Positions 13,001 to 26,680 of a stretch of DNA of 64,000 nt are shown here, one piece after another; the first letter of the stretch is position 1; each line of letters starts with the position of its first letter. The stretch is from Marsupella aquatica. Taxonomy: Eukaryota > Plantae > Marchantiophyta. The translations under genes were made by a program, and so were the position numbers. The DNA lies in assembly GCA_973895155.1 (NCBI GenBank), contig OZ316894.1, forward strand, positions 18,452,805 through 18,516,804, written 5' to 3'. The notes beneath the pieces were generated by a model. That model saw only the letters and a list, made by a program, of their open reading frames with translations. It searched no databases and was not told the DNA's origin.

Positions 13001-16000
13001 AAGTACTATCGGGAAGATGCATCAGACCGGTTGTACAAGAAGTCTCTCTTGATGAGTCTCAGGCCCAAGGAAGGGAGCAAGATGCAGGATCACTTGGATG
13101 AGTTTGATAGTCTAGCGGTGGATCTATCAAACCTGGGTAAAGGAGTTGAAGATGAGGATAAGGCCTTGCTTTTGCCAAGCTCCTTACCGCCGTCATATCA
13201 GGGCTTGAAACAAGTGCTCTTGTATAGAGATCTGAAGTCCATTTCATATAATGAGGTGGTGAGCTCTTTACTGTCTGATGATGCTCAGAAGAAGCTGGGT
13301 CAATCACAGACAACATCTTCTTCTGGCACTGCACTGAACATGAACCGGGGAAGACAAACGCGGCGCACGAATGGACAGAACTGGATTAGATCTACATCAC
13401 GGGGGAGATCTAAATCCAGAGGGAAATCGCAAGAGAGGAAGCCTCTTGCATGTTGGAATTGTGGCAAGCCAGGCCACATGAAGAGGGATTGTCGAGTAAA
13501 GGTCCCTACTGCATCTGCTAACGCGGCATCAAGCTCGCATGAGGTAGATTTACTCGATGATGATGACATATTGTGATGCCGAGGTTATGCTCTCAACGTA
13601 GAGTCAAATCCAGGTAGTGATGACTGAATTTTAAATAGTGCATGTACTTTTCACATTTGCTCTAGGAAAGATTTTTTCAATTCTTACACGGTTTCCAACG
13701 GGTCAGTGTTAATGGGAAATGGAATCCCATGTCAAGTTGTTGGACTTGGATCTGTAAGATTTCAGATGTTTGATGATGCTGTAAGAACGTTAAAGAATGT
13801 GAGACATATTCCCAACATGATGAAAAATCTCATTTCACTTGGAGTTTTAGAGGCAAATGGCCATCAGTGGAGTTCTGCTAATGGTGTCCTTCAGGTTTCA
13901 ACTGGTACTAAAGTTGTATTAAAAGGAAAGAGACATAACAATCTATACGTTTTGGAGGGTAGTGTAGTCTGTGATGAAGCCAATGTAACCATATCTCATG
14001 AGGAGACGACCCGGCTGTGGCACTTCTGTTTGGGCCACATGAGTGAAAAAGGTTTGGTTATTTTTCAGAAGAAATGATTACTTTCTAATTTGCAATCTTG
14101 TAAGTTGGAATTTTGTGAGCACTGTGTGTTTGGGAAGCAGCACAGGAAACCCTTCGGAGTTGGAGCTCACACCAACAAGGAGGTACTTGAGTATGTACAT
14201 AGTGATGTGTGGGGTTCAGCCCCTACTCCCTCACATTCTGGACGATTATACTATGTCACGTTCATAGACGATTACTCAAGGTATGTGTGGATATACTTTT
14301 CACACAATAAGTCTGATATTTTTGCCACTTTTAAGGAGTGGAAAGCCCAAGCAGAGAATCAGACTGGTAATAAGATGAGATATCTTTGATCGGATAACGG
14401 TGGTGAATACAATTCCGTGAAATTTGGAACGTATTGTAAGGAGTAGGGGATTACTTGCCATCTCACAACAAGTTATACTCCTCAGCAGTGTTTTTGAGAG
14501 ACTCAACCGAACACTATTGGACCGCTCGAGGAGTATGTTGAGTCAATCATGCTTACCACATGAATTTTGGGTTGAAGCTGTCAACACTGCAGCTTATTTG
14601 GTAAATTTTTCTCCATCCAGTTCTATTGGATTCAAGACGCCATTTGAAATGAGGTATGGGCGTCCAGCAGATTACTCATATCTGAGGATTTTTGGATGTG
14701 ATGCTTATGTGCTTACACCTTCCCAGCTTTGATCCAAGTTGAAGTCCAAGTCAAAGAAGTGCATTTTTCTTGGCTATCAGAAAGGTGTGAAGGGTTATAG
14801 GTTATGAAATCCAGTCACCTGTAAGCTAATTGTCAATAGAGATGTGTCATTTAATGAATCCAGATCATCAAAGGAAGGGGAGAATTCTCAGGACTCCCAT
14901 ACTAACAAGGGGAAATCTCTTATCCCGGATCGGGTTGAGGGGGAGATTAGTCATGATGCAGTTCATGACAGGAGAGATGGAGAAGTTCCGGGCTTGGAGC
15001 TGGTTCCTGTGATGGAACAAGAGGAGCAGATTGTTGCTGGGGTACCTCAAATTCAACCAATAGCAGCAGCAGATCAGCCTGAGTCATCTACTAGAAGAAC
15101 TTCCAGTCGTTCTACTAGAGCTCCTACCAGGTATGGTCAATGGGCAGACTCATCTAAGCTAGATGATATTGACATTGCACCTAATGATGATGACATGACT
15201 TTGATCTTGGAAGAAGGAGAGCCTTCTTCGTACAATGAGGCTTGTACTTCAGAGCAGAAGCATGAGTGGAATGCAACAATGCAGAGGGAATTGCAATCTT
15301 TAAGTGACAACAAGACATGAGAGCTGATGGAGCTTCCAAGAGGTCAGCAAGTGGTGGACAGCAAGTGAATTTATAAGTTGAAGGACAATCCTTCAGAGGG
15401 TGGAGAAAAAATCTACAAGGCAAGGCTTGTTGCCAAGGGGTTCACTCAGGAGAAAGGAGTGGATTACAATGAGATCTTTTCACCGGTGGCTAAGTATTCT
15501 ACAATTCGGATCTTGTGTCAATTTGTTGTATTTTTTGGTGTGATGATGAATCAGATGGATGTTGTTACTACTTTTCTCTATGGCAACTTGGAAGAGATGA
15601 TCTTCATGAGACAGCCACTAGGCTTTATAAAGAAGGGCCAGAGAACTTAGTTTGCAGATTGCTCAAGTCCTTGTATGGATTGAAGCAATCTCCCAAACAG
15701 TGGAACAAGTGGTTTGATGATTTCATGCTTGCTCAAGGTTTTACAAAGATGGTGTATGATCCTTGTGTGTATACGAAATCAGTCAAGAATGATGTGTTTG
15801 GTTTCATCATTCTGATTATTTATGTGGATGACATGTTGATTGTGGCTAAAGATCAATTTGAGGTTGACAGTCTCAAGATGAAATTGAGTGCTGAACTTAG
15901 GATGAAAGATCTTGATAAGGCTAAGAGGATCTTAGGGATGGAGATTTTTAGGAACTCTGAGACTGGACAGTTTTGCTTGAGTCAAGGCCAGTATGCGAGG

Positions 16001-16235
16001 AAAGTACTTGCACGATTCAACATGAAGAACTGTAAGCCAATGAATATTCCTTTAGCTTCACATTTCAAATTATCATCGGTTTTCTCTCCTACGGATGATG
16101 TGAAGAAAGGTCTGATGACTAAGATTCCTTATGAGAAGACAATAGACAGTGTGATGTATTTGATAATTTATACTAGGCCTGACTTGGCCCTAACAATGGG
16201 CAAGGTTAACAGATTCATGTCAAATCCAGGGAAGG
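10073..16235 (+). mobile_element. Decayed Ty1/copia LTR retrotransposon (gag-PR-INT-RT), 3'-truncated before RNase H, gag interrupted by a solo LTR
   Basis: Gag KFEVEKYDGRIDYLLWEKQVKGVL (~10290); zinc knuckle CWNCGKPGHMKRDC (~13450); degenerate protease *ILNSACTFH (~13625); LWH..LGH and CEHCVFGKQHR; integrase HSDVWG, FIDDYSR, DNGGEY; RT YKARLVAKGFTQ, KSLYGLKQSP, YVDD (15821). Domain order is copia. Many stops and frameshifts. Homology ends at MSNPGK (~16235). Confidence 0.95.
10398..12867. mobile_element. Solo LTR (~2470 bp) inserted in the copia gag, with 5-bp TSD GCTTT
   Basis: GCTTT at 10393-10397 and 12868-12872 flanks a non-coding block with termini TATCAC...TGTCACA (TG..CA with one decayed base). 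Removing the block and one TSD restores the gag frame: GLAHLL|SSREWR*EQVIAVNAVMLYL. Internal ~39-bp duplication at ~11499/11557. Confidence 0.85.
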
Positions 16236-16537
16236 TACAACCATTCTCGAGAATCCCGCAACACCATCGACGTTTCTTATGTCTCTTATATCATAGATAT
16301 GAAGTACCAGTTCAATTCAAGGTCATCCAAAAGCACTATCGGGCTTTCATGTTCGATCACATTGAGATGTCGCCTTCCAGATTGCGTTGTGATGACCTTT
16401 GTAATCCTCGAATCCGGGACTTAGCTGTTGCCATTCTGATCTCAAACCATACTAAACTATTCCAGACAAGAGCCTTGTCATCCTCAACACAGGGTAACCA
16501 CTGCCTCATTCTGATCTCAAACCACCACTGAAGTGTT

Positions 16538-16770
16538 CACGGGTCAGCCAGAATGAGTACTTCTACATAATCTTCGGCTTCAAAATGGAGTTTTAAGATG
16601 ACAGATTTTTCTCCACGGGTCAGCCAAGAATGAGTACTTCTACATAATCTTCGGCTTCAAAATGGAGTTTTAAGATGACAGATTTTTCTCCACGGGTCAG
16701 CCAAGAATGAGTACTTCTACATAATCTTCGGCTTCAAAATGGAGTTTTAAGATGACAGATTTTTCTCCAC
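16538..16770. repeat. Three near-identical tandem copies of a 76-77 bp unit
   Basis: The unit cacgggtcagcca(a)gaatgagtacttctacataatcttcggcttcaaaatggagttttaagatgacagatttttctc starts at 16538, 16614 and 16691. Confidence 0.95.
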
Positions 16771-17425
16771 AGGAAGCATCATCATGCAAGGCGGGGTCAA
16801 ATTAGATTTTGTCCACATCAGTATGTGAGAACTGAACATTCTAGACATGCACAGTATAAGAGCATTTCCTACCCTGCTGGATAAAAGACATCTCGTTTCG
16901 TGAGTTATCTTCGCCAATTTTCTTCATCTTTATTATTGAGAAGTTTCGAATCCCACTCCGTGGAATACACTCCGGTGCCTATTTGCTCTGCTTCTCCTCA
17001 ATCCATGATCGCTTACAACTCTAAGAAGCCACTTCTTCTAATCCTAGGTTGCATTTTAATGGTAGTGAGACTCCTTTCCGTTGCTTACTACAATTCATTG
17101 AGAGTCACCTTCCCTAACCACTTTCATTGTAAGAAAACATTTCCTCTGCTTTTCATTGTATGCAAACATTCCTCTGCTGTGTACTCTTACACAGCAATGT
17201 TTCTCGTCCCTGCCAGTTTCCCATTATTCTGGATTTGTTCTCCGTCATAATCAAGTTTTACCTCCAGTGTCTCTTTGCTCCTTTTTGCCACAATTCTGTT
17301 CAGTACAAACTGCTGATAGGCATGATCTCTCCATTCTTGTCCTCCCAGTCCTGCAGTGCTGTAACCGAACACAATGTAACTGACTGGCAAGAATGGAAAG
17401 GGGTCCTTCGACTTTAAAGCAAAGC

Positions 17426-19739
17426 TCAATCGCTGTCGTGTCTTCTCCTACTATGCTTCTTGTCGGTGCTAAAACTCCTCTGCCGTTCATGATCTCTTCT
17501 TCCCTCTGTTTCCTTGTCTCTATTATGCCTTCCATTACCATCCCTGCTATCAAGTGACCTATAGTCTCTCCTAGGAGCCCTGACTGTTTCTTGCAACCTT
17601 CCTTGGCTGTCGTCTCTGTCGCTATCATACTTTACATTGCCATCATTGCTATGACGCGACCTATAGTCTCTCCTAGTAGTCCTGACTGATTGTTGCAGCT
17701 TCCCCTGGCTGCCTTCACTGTCGCCATCATGCCTTAAATTTCCACCCCTGCTATTTTGTGATCTATGGTCTCTTCTAGAGGTCCTAACTATTTCTTGCAG
17801 CCTCCCCTGGCTGCCTTCTCCATCACTATCATGCCTTACATTACTATTCCTGCTATTTTGTGATCTATGACCTATTCTAGAATCCCTGACTGTTTCTTTT
17901 AGCTTTTCTTGGCTGCCTTCATTTTCACTTTCACTATCATGCCTTACCCTATTATTCGTGCTGTAATACGACCTAGAGTCTCTCTTGCTCTGTGAATTTG
18001 AAAGGACAGATGTTCTTTTGTCTGCTTCTGGAAACATGCCTTGGCTGTCTTCACCATCACTGTCATGCCTTTTTTTACCATTCCTGCTGTGCTGTGAAAT
18101 ATAGTCCTGCCTAGAAATCCTGACTGTGTCTTGCAACCTTCCTTGACTCTCTTCACTGTCACTATCATGCCTTAACTTCGAACTCCTGGAATGATGCGAC
18201 CTATAGACTCCCTTAGGAGTCCTAATTGTTTCTTGCACATTTCTTTGAATGTCTTCACTGTCACTATCATGCCTCGCCTTACCATTCCTGCTCTGATGTG
18301 ACCGATAGTCTCTCCTAGAAGTCGCCCTGCTAGTTTCCTCCAAGCTGTCTCTGTCATGTCTTGCAGTGACAATGTCATTACGTCTTTCTGCCGACAAATA
18401 GTAGTTCCTAGACTGATCCTTGTGTCGAAAAGCTTTTCTCTCAGTATGATCTCTGCTAGTCTCCACTTCCTGACTGGCATACCTCACTTTCCTTGTACCA
18501 TCACTTCCGTCACCGTGGTAGCTGTCTGAGAGCTCCTCCTGCTCGCTTTCTCTAGCTTTGCTCGTTTTGCGCTTATGTTTATGCCGCTTCTCCTCTCGTC
18601 GTTTCTCTCGCTTTCTCTTCCTGGAGGAGATGCCTTCCTCTTCTGGACTGGAAGAACTCGTCTTATCCTCACCTTCGAGTCTCCTAGCTCCTAGACCATC
18701 CTTTGTGGCATCTCTGTTGCCCTCATCTCCGCTAGGTTCCTGGTTTTTCTGTTCATTGATGACTGGAGCGATTCTTTCAAAAGTAACGTTTCCAGATTTG
18801 TCAACCCCTGTTTGTCCACTTCCGAGTTGTCGAGGCGTTTCTTGCCCGGCGAAACCAAGTCCTTGAACCCTCTCTCCAGCTGCATAGGAAGGATCTGCCT
18901 CTACTCCATCCTTCACTTTCTGCAAGACTTCAGACATTTCCCGTGCGTCCAGTTGATTGCCCAGGCGTCGATTCTTCTTAGGAGCCAGGCCAAGCATTTC
19001 TTGCATGGCATCGTCCTCTTCTTCCTTCAATCTCTTGATTTCCTCAAGCGCAGCTGCTTCGTCAGAATGTCTATCCTTGGCGTACCAATGGAGGTCCTTT
19101 CCTGTTCATGTCAGATGCGTAAGTAAAACGATCTTTTGTCCAAAACTCGTAGGCAAAACTTTGCATCCGAAAGCCAAACAGGGAGAAAAACCCTAACAAA
19201 ATTAGTCAACACATTCACAAATCCAGCAGACAAAAGGGAGTAAAACCTAGTAGAATTGAGTGACGACGTCGATTCTATTGAGCCCTGAAGAAGCAGAAGG
19301 CAGATTCACACAAAGTACGTCTCAACTTTTCCAATTGCCGACGCTACGATCTCTTCAATCCTAGACGTACAAAGAAGTTGATTGCTCAGTTCAGCGATTC
19401 TTGAGGATTCCGTAGCGGATCGTTCTATGCGGTATTCAGAATTTAATCTGAACAGATCAGCCTGAGACTTGAGAAGCATCATGAAACATGAATCATCACA
19501 GAAGGTCTTTGCGATCCTAAACCAAGCGAATACTAGAAACCCTAATCAATCAGCTACACCACTGCTGGTAAGGACGAGTACCAGCGATCCAGTAAAGATT
19601 TCGCACCTTTCTGCCATCTCCCCACAGGAGCTTTGATACTGTGCCCGAGGTAGTTCTCCCTATGCTTGTCGCCCTTTATGTCCTCCCAATTGAACTGGTC
19701 ACGACCGCCTCGAACACCTCCTCGGGTTGGATGGTACAT
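17426..19739 (-). CDS. MMTAG2: Multiple myeloma tumor-associated protein 2 (C1orf35) homolog, 602 aa; exons 19739-19607 and 19101-17426
   Basis: N-terminus [45 protein letters not shown]|KDLHWYAK...[23 protein letters not shown] matches the family signature. The GT-AG phase-1 intron joins in frame (133+1676 nt). Confidence 0.92.
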
Positions 19740-20273
19740 CTTGTCGCTCCCTCTTTTCTTCCCTTTCGATAAACACCGCCTCCCTAACCTGGACCTTGCC
19801 TAGCCGTAGTTGACAGATTCACAACCGAGACTGCATATGATTATGCAACAAGCACAGAAGGCATCAGAACCACGAGATGATGAGTTCCGAAGGTCGGCGA
19901 ACAGAAGAGAACGAATCCCAACCAAAGCAGAACTTATTGCAAAGGAACCCACGGGAAACGCATCTACTGCACAAAGCGTCGATGCTTCTCGACAGCCATG
20001 TCGAAATTGCTTGCAGAGTATTTGCTTCAAACAAATTGCGTTGAGAAGCGAAGGCTGGGAAACGAAATAGCATGAGTCGCCGCTGCTCGCTCGCTTCACA
20101 AGCAAATGTGGGTCCGGTCTTTACAACGACGCCACTTTACTACACTACGTTAAGGACGATTACGTTCGCCCATAACCTAGATAAAAATAAAAATTATAAG
20201 AATTTCAACTCGGCGTGACAATTAGGTACTCTACCCCTTCCTTATGTTAGACCTTACTTATATTATTTTTCAA

Positions 20274-21300
20274 CTAGCTGAATACCCGTGTTTTGCACAA
20301 AAAAAATTGTGTTAGCCAAGATGTCGTTGAGAAAAGTAGATGTCGTGGAGAGAAAAGATGTTGTGTCGGCCAAGAGGTCATTGAGAGAAAAAAAATCAGT
20401 GAGAAAAAAAGATGTCGTGTTGGCCAAGAGATAGTTGAGAAAAAATATGACTTGTCGGCCAAGAAGTCGTTGAGAAAAAAAATGTCATGTCGACCAAGAT
20501 GTCGTCAAGAAAAAATTATCATGTCGGCCAAGATGTCATTCAGAAAAAAAGATGTGGTGCCGACAAAGACGTCATTGAGTGAAAAGATGTCGTGTCAGCC
20601 AAGACATCTTTGAGGGAAAATACCCGTGCATTGCACAAAAGACATCGTTAAGAAAAAAATGTCATGTCACCCAAGATGTTGTTATGTGAAAGATTCATGA
20701 AGTGAAAAAATGTGGTTTACAAAAAAGAAGTCATTTTGCCAAAGATGTCATTATGTGAAAGAAGTTGATAAGAAAAAGGGTCATTTTGCCAAAAATATCA
20801 TGAAGTAAAAGATGCTATAAGAGAAAAGGTGTCGTTTCACCCAAGTTGTCATTATGTGAAAGATGTTAGGAAGTAAAAAGTCAAGTAGAGAAGGAATGAG
20901 TTTTTTTCCTTTGTTTTGTTTTTTACCCAAAATGTCATTGCATTTGAATGATGACCCCTCTATACATTGGCGCAACGTTATATTATTGGTTTCAGGTTTA
21001 GGGTTTTAGAGTTTAGCAAAGATGACCATTCTGTCGGTATCCTTTCAATCCCTGTGCATTGCATAAAAGATGTTGTTTGGTTAAAGATGTTGTTGAGAAG
21101 TAGATTGTGGTGCAAAAGATATCGTTGAATAAAAAAATAAATTTGTTAAAATATATTATTGTACAAAAACTTTTGTTGAGTGAAAGATATCATTGTGCAA
21201 AATACTGGTTACGGCAGCCACAAAAGTTTCCTTTTGTTTTCTTCTTTTTTCTCCTTGTACAAAAAATTCTTGAATAAAAGATGTCATTGCACAAAACAAT
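20274..21300 (-). mobile_element. Non-autonomous Helitron-like element (3' end at 20274) filled with degenerate ~40-bp tandem repeats; 5' boundary uncertain
   Basis: The minus strand reads GTGCAAAACACGGG-TATTCAG-CTAG|T, a degenerate CCCGTGC..GCACGGG hairpin shortly before the CTAG terminus. Hairpin copies recur at ~20622 and ~21050. Internal repeats have the form gagaaaaaaagatgtcgtgtcggccaagatgtc. Confidence 0.6.
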
Positions 21301-22922
21301 GGCTATGACAATCACAAAAGTATAACAAAATGAGAGGTGTATTTTTTTACCCCTTTTAAACCTTTTTTCTCTTATGTTCCTTTTAAACCTCAACCTCCCC
21401 CTTTTCCCCATTTCACCATCACTCCACTCCACTCGCTTGTCGCCGCCCCTCCCCACCCATGCGCGACTGGAGCCCTTCAAGGGGCTGCCCTACATTGTGA
21501 GTGTGCCCCTCGCCCGACACCTTGCCATCAACGCCCGTGCCATGCGTTTCACTATGCTTTGGGCCTTATTACTTTTGTTTTTTGGCATTGAAAATGACAA
21601 TGCAAATGACTCTAAAATTCACCACAAATATTGGGAGAATAAGTTTTTATTGATCAAGTGACTAAAATATTATTAGCAATTAAACTCCTCTTACCACTAT
21701 TATACAAAATTATCTTAGACACAATATTGAATATGTACAATATTTACTTGCATGTGAGTATGTACAATACTTACATGCATGGATCATGAAGGGAGTATAC
21801 TCCTTGATTTTTGTGCATTGTGTTAATTAAAGTCTTTCATTTTTTGGGGTGTCTCGTGTGATTATTTAGCTTGTCTTGGACAATGGTGACATAACTTTTT
21901 GTGAGTCACACTAAACTCAATTCACACTTTGGCTTTATTACTTATCTTTGACCCTATTTTTTAAATTTTAGTGCCCTGAAAATTTGAATGACAACCACTG
22001 TAAAAATTGGCGCAACCTTATATTATAGTTTAGGATGCTATGTAAAACTGGGAAGCAATACATGTTGGTGTACCCCTTACTTATATTACTGTAGCCCTTA
22101 CTTATATTATCTTTCAATGCTATGTAAAATTAGATGTTTTGAATCCACACAATCATCCATATTGTTTGTGTATGGGAAACTAGTGTGAACAGTAATGTGA
22201 CTTCTCAACGCAAACAACTCCATCAATCACAAGTTATATAGTAGTTGGGCTTTGAAAAGGATCAACTAAAACCTAAACTCCTAGGGTTGGATAGTACTTT
22301 GAAAAGTCAGAATTTTTGTAATAAAGTAAATGAACTTGAAAGGCCACATATCAAGTCTTTGCTCAACCCTCTTGAAGGACCCATAACAAGTAAATTGGGA
22401 AAGAATGTGAATAGAACATGTGGAAGGTGGGGTGGAAGTGTTTGGTTATGATGCAGCTCTATGGTTATGATGCTATATGCATTTGGGTCATTAATTAATT
22501 TAAAGGCAAGATTTTAATTTTAATTTTTGAAAATATTAAAATATTTTAAATCCAATTTTGAGATTTATATAGAAGGGCAGAACATTTTTAAACAATTCAC
22601 TAACATTCAAAATTAATAGAGAAAAATAAATCCTATTTTGTTGTTAGAAAGTTTAAGGGTATCTAAGCCTTTCAAAGCCTTGCATGTAATGGGGGGCCCT
22701 CTATACAGAGCCACCTCTGACATTTTTAATTTCAATAATGAGAACAATTCTTTGTACACAAGAAAACACTTTGGTCAGTTGGACAGAGGATGCGCCTAGA
22801 ACCAATAGTTGAAAGTTCAATCTTCCAAGAGGTGTGGAAGGTATATGTGTTTGTGTGGATGGAGTGTAGTGGTGGGAGTATTAGTTATGTTCTCAACCCT
22901 TGGTTGGCCTGCTATGGGCCCT

Positions 22923-22923
<1 letters not shown>

Positions 22924-22955
<32 letters not shown>
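22924..22955. repeat. (CT)n microsatellite
   Basis: Direct read. Confidence 0.95.
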
Positions 22956-22959
<4 letters not shown>

Positions 22960-23132
22960 CCTCTTGGATCCCTTGGTAGTGTCCCTTTGTGATTATAGCT
23001 GGCCGGTTCTAAGACACACTTACTTTAACTTATTCACAGTAAAGTAAAATCTATGTAACTAGTTTATGAAACACAAGCTATCATATCTACTGAAACAATG
23101 ATTATACAAAGTAAAGTGAAAAAAACATATCA

Positions 23133-23280
23133 AGTGAATAGATAATGGTACTCTATGGGTGAAACACAAGTACAAGTCGGTGTACCTTGTTGTAGGTACA
23201 GTATTTAGTGAATAGATAATGGTACTCTATGGGTGAAACACAAGTACAAGTCAGTGTACCTTGTTGTAGGTACAGTATTT
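23133..23280. repeat. 74-bp tandem duplication
   Basis: The unit agtgaatagataatggtactctatggg...ggtacagtattt starts at 23133 and 23207, with one mismatch. Confidence 0.95.
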
Positions 23281-25113
23281 AGTGGTTGAAAACGAAGCAA
23301 ATTAATTTTGTACCTTTCTAAATTTTGCGGGGCTCTGTATTTAGGTGGGGATTCTCTGTTTAGGTGACACCTATTGACCTATAAACCATAATTATTGGAA
23401 TTCTTTTAAATAATAGACATATAAGCTACCGAGCATGTTGTCATAGTTTCCTGGTTGAGTTTGGAGAGTGTTTGAAGAGTTATATAGTATCAAGAAATTC
23501 TCATGAAAATGAGATTAAAAGAAGTTTAAGCTTGTCTACTTAAAACTAAGTACTTGAAAAAATTATAGGGGTTGAAAGCAATTATTAAAATCAGAAAAAT
23601 AGAAAGTAAAAGCATAGAATAGACCAAATTGACATAAAAATATATAACAAACAATTCTAATAAGACAAGGTAACCAAAGTGTGTCCCGCCATATAGCAGT
23701 ATCAAAAAAATCTTTGTGACTACCTTACATAGTTCCTATGCTCTGTTGGATGGTTCTGCTTTTGATTTTTCAAGGGGAAGAAAAAGGGGGTTGCTTTTGG
23801 AGTCAGGGATCCAAACACCCTATTGGCTGATCATTTCAAATAGTCCCACCAACATCATGGATCAGGGGCACGCACCTTTTTTGCATGAGGGCATGAAAGA
23901 TTTAAAAAACTCTTTAAAGCATCACTTCAAATGGTTCATAGAATCGCAAATTAGAGAAACCTTTGTCTCTGGCACCCAATGTTGCACATAAATTGATATC
24001 AACACGGCAGCTCAAATCTGCTGCTCCCGGTTTTTTTTTTCCTCCATAAAACCAAATGAATTTCAATCAAATAGCCAGCATACAGACACCACCCCAAATT
24101 CCCGGTTTTCTTTCAGGTAGCCTTTGTGAGAAATTTATGACTTCAATCCTGGTCAAAACCCCACTTTTGCGCTAGCTTACTCGAAAGGATATCTGGTTTG
24201 AGTCATGTTTCAAGACACTCCCACTGGTCTACAGGTCACCAAAAATTCTTGAAGACAGCCAACACATTTTGCATGGAGCAATTGTTGGTATCTTTGGTGC
24301 AGACATTGTGCTCGAAAATGGTTATTCAACAAATTTTTCATATGCTTAATTGCAATGTAACAAAGGATGGGACAACTCTTCCTTCTGTTCGGATTCCATG
24401 TTCTGCAGAGGCTTTAACTGAGTTTATTTTAGGCAAATTGCTGCACATTGCAATTATTAGCTTTCGCTAATCACACAATTAAGTGTGGAAATTGTCTAGT
24501 TATTGACACACAAGTCATACGAATTGAATGCAAATAAGCTATGTCCTGGCGGGGGGCTGGTTTCTTGCAAGTCACTCACTCCACTAAATGAGAACGCGAT
24601 CATAAGAGCCCATGTTAGGACTTCCTTATGGAAACGATAATTGTTTGCTGTATCATGGTATGTCCAAATCGGAAACTGTAAGGACAAGCCTGCTGTTCCC
24701 GATAAACTTCAGTCTTGACTAGACAACTTCAGTCAAAATCAGGCTGTTAATTCCAACAGAGCGGCTCTCAAAGCAACTGATTCCTCGAAAGAAAAGTTAG
24801 GCCGAGGAGAGTTTTGCATCAAGCTCAAAAGCCTTGAAGTGAGGTAAAGATCTCGATTAATTAAGCGGACGCGAACTTTTTTGGGATTTTACATGTCAGC
24901 AAATTACAAGTTTCTGGGTGACGAGTCTTCTAGGAAGACTCGACTGTACATGGAAACTAAATCAAAGTTTCTATTCACCTCCACCCGTCGGCTCTCAAGT
25001 ATACAAGACAGGGCGTATGCACAAGGCCAGGCCATACTTGACAGTGATGCATTGTCATTGCGTTGGATGGCTCCATTGTATGACAGAAATATGTATCTGC
25101 TCATTCCCATCCC

Positions 25114-26400
25114 TCACTTGCCTTTCCAAAACACGTCTGACGCACACTTGTATGCTTCCTTGCCCTCGCACTCCAGCTTGATGTCGTCAGACAAGAACTT
25201 CACCTCCTGCGCTCACGGATGGCCAAGTTCGGAGGCATCTAGTTAGACAAAGCGTTTCACATAGTCATGCTGTAATTAATCCTAAAAACATAGACAGATT
25301 TACGTCACCAGCACAAGCATTTATCAAAAAGCTCTCGCATGGCACACGTTTTCGTAGGAATCGACTTGTAGGCCGATAACATTCTGCCAGACAGTGTCTG
25401 TCTGAGGATACAACTTCTCTCCGGACAGTGTGCAGTCTCTAATTTGCTACATACACGCACAACTCCGTTTAGTCTCTGTCACGCTGTTGATGATGGCTCT
25501 AAAAGTGAAATCTGGGCCTTCAGACTGAGGGCTAAGATCCAGATCGACTGGATTGAATGCTGGACATCTGACGTATTCTAACACTTCACTAGGCAACACA
25601 TCGGACAACGAAAGTGGAACCGAGTATGTGGAATTATATGCATCCTAGTTGCTGACATGCAAACGCTGAGACTTTCCGAATTATAGGGTAAGTAAGGAGC
25701 TGCCAGCGTACCTGAGCCTTGGCCAAATCCTGGCATCCAGTGAAATTGTTGGGGAACCGGCATGTCCCGTTTTCTACAGTGTAAGCACGAGCAATGTTAG
25801 CTCCGCTGGTTGCGAGCCTCTTCCTGTCATTGAGCTCCTGCAGAGAGTGTACAAGAGCCATGATGTAATTCAGCCATTTGAGCATTGTAAGCATCCGCAT
25901 GAAGAGGGACACTCACTAGCAAAAGGAACATTACAAGCATTTCCACTTACATAACTTACTAACGTTCACCAGCCGGGGACATAGATCCACTAGACAATGA
26001 AGTGTCTGCTTGAGCCCATTCAGTAATTGTCATGAGTCCTATGATAGTACCACTTCCCTCAATGAACAGGCTAAGCGCATTGATCGAACAGAGGAACTAA
26101 CTCCACGATCTTAAGAGAAGTACTAACCTTGTTGGCAGCAGTCTTAGCCAAAAGGTCTTCAGTGAGCCCGGCCTTGGCATTGCCAGCACCAGCGAATAGA
26201 CCCAGAGCGAGCATGGCACCTGCCATCTTCACCACATCCCTCCTGCTGCTGGTCTCAGCGCTCGCCCTCACAGCAAGACTTCTCTGGGGGGCACTGTATG
26301 ACACTCGCACTCCATCGCAAGATGCCTTCAGATCCTTCACAGCCAAAGCTGCCGGGGATGCAATTACTGCAGCAGACCCAACAATCGACGAAGCGGCCAT
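25114..26400 (-). CDS. PSAN: Photosystem I reaction centre subunit N precursor, 163 aa; exons 26400-26128, 25837-25712, 25206-25114
   Basis: Transit peptide, twin-Arg Tat signal (SRRDV...AKA) and mature GLTEDLLAKTAANK|ELNDRKRLATSGANIARAYTVENGTCRFPNNFTGCQDLAKAQ|EVKFLSDDIKLECEGKEAYKCASDVFWKGK* with 4 Cys. Both introns are phase-0 GT-AG. Confidence 0.96.
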
Positions 26401-26680
26401 CTCTACAATATCTGTCGACAGAGCTGTGGTGAAGGCAAGAATTCCGAGGCTACACTCAACAATTTGCTCTGATTTCAACGCGAATAGGCAGAATGGAGAG
26501 CTCGCAATCACACCCACAAAGTATATCACAGCCTTGGACGATCCAATGTAGAGGGATTCCACTTCCCAGGCCGATAGACGAGACGATCAGTGAGATGGAG
26601 GCCGGCTAGTCTCGATCTATTCACAGGATCGAAATTATACAAAACGGCCCCGTGATTAGCGTGCCGCCTATGACCTAGGT

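Noticed and set aside
16538-16770. Regular repeats as a possible CRISPR array (also 20290-20760, 35098-35608, 59822-62934)
   Set aside because: Units are head-to-tail or irregularly spaced with no unique constant-length spacers; eukaryotic context with no cas genes.
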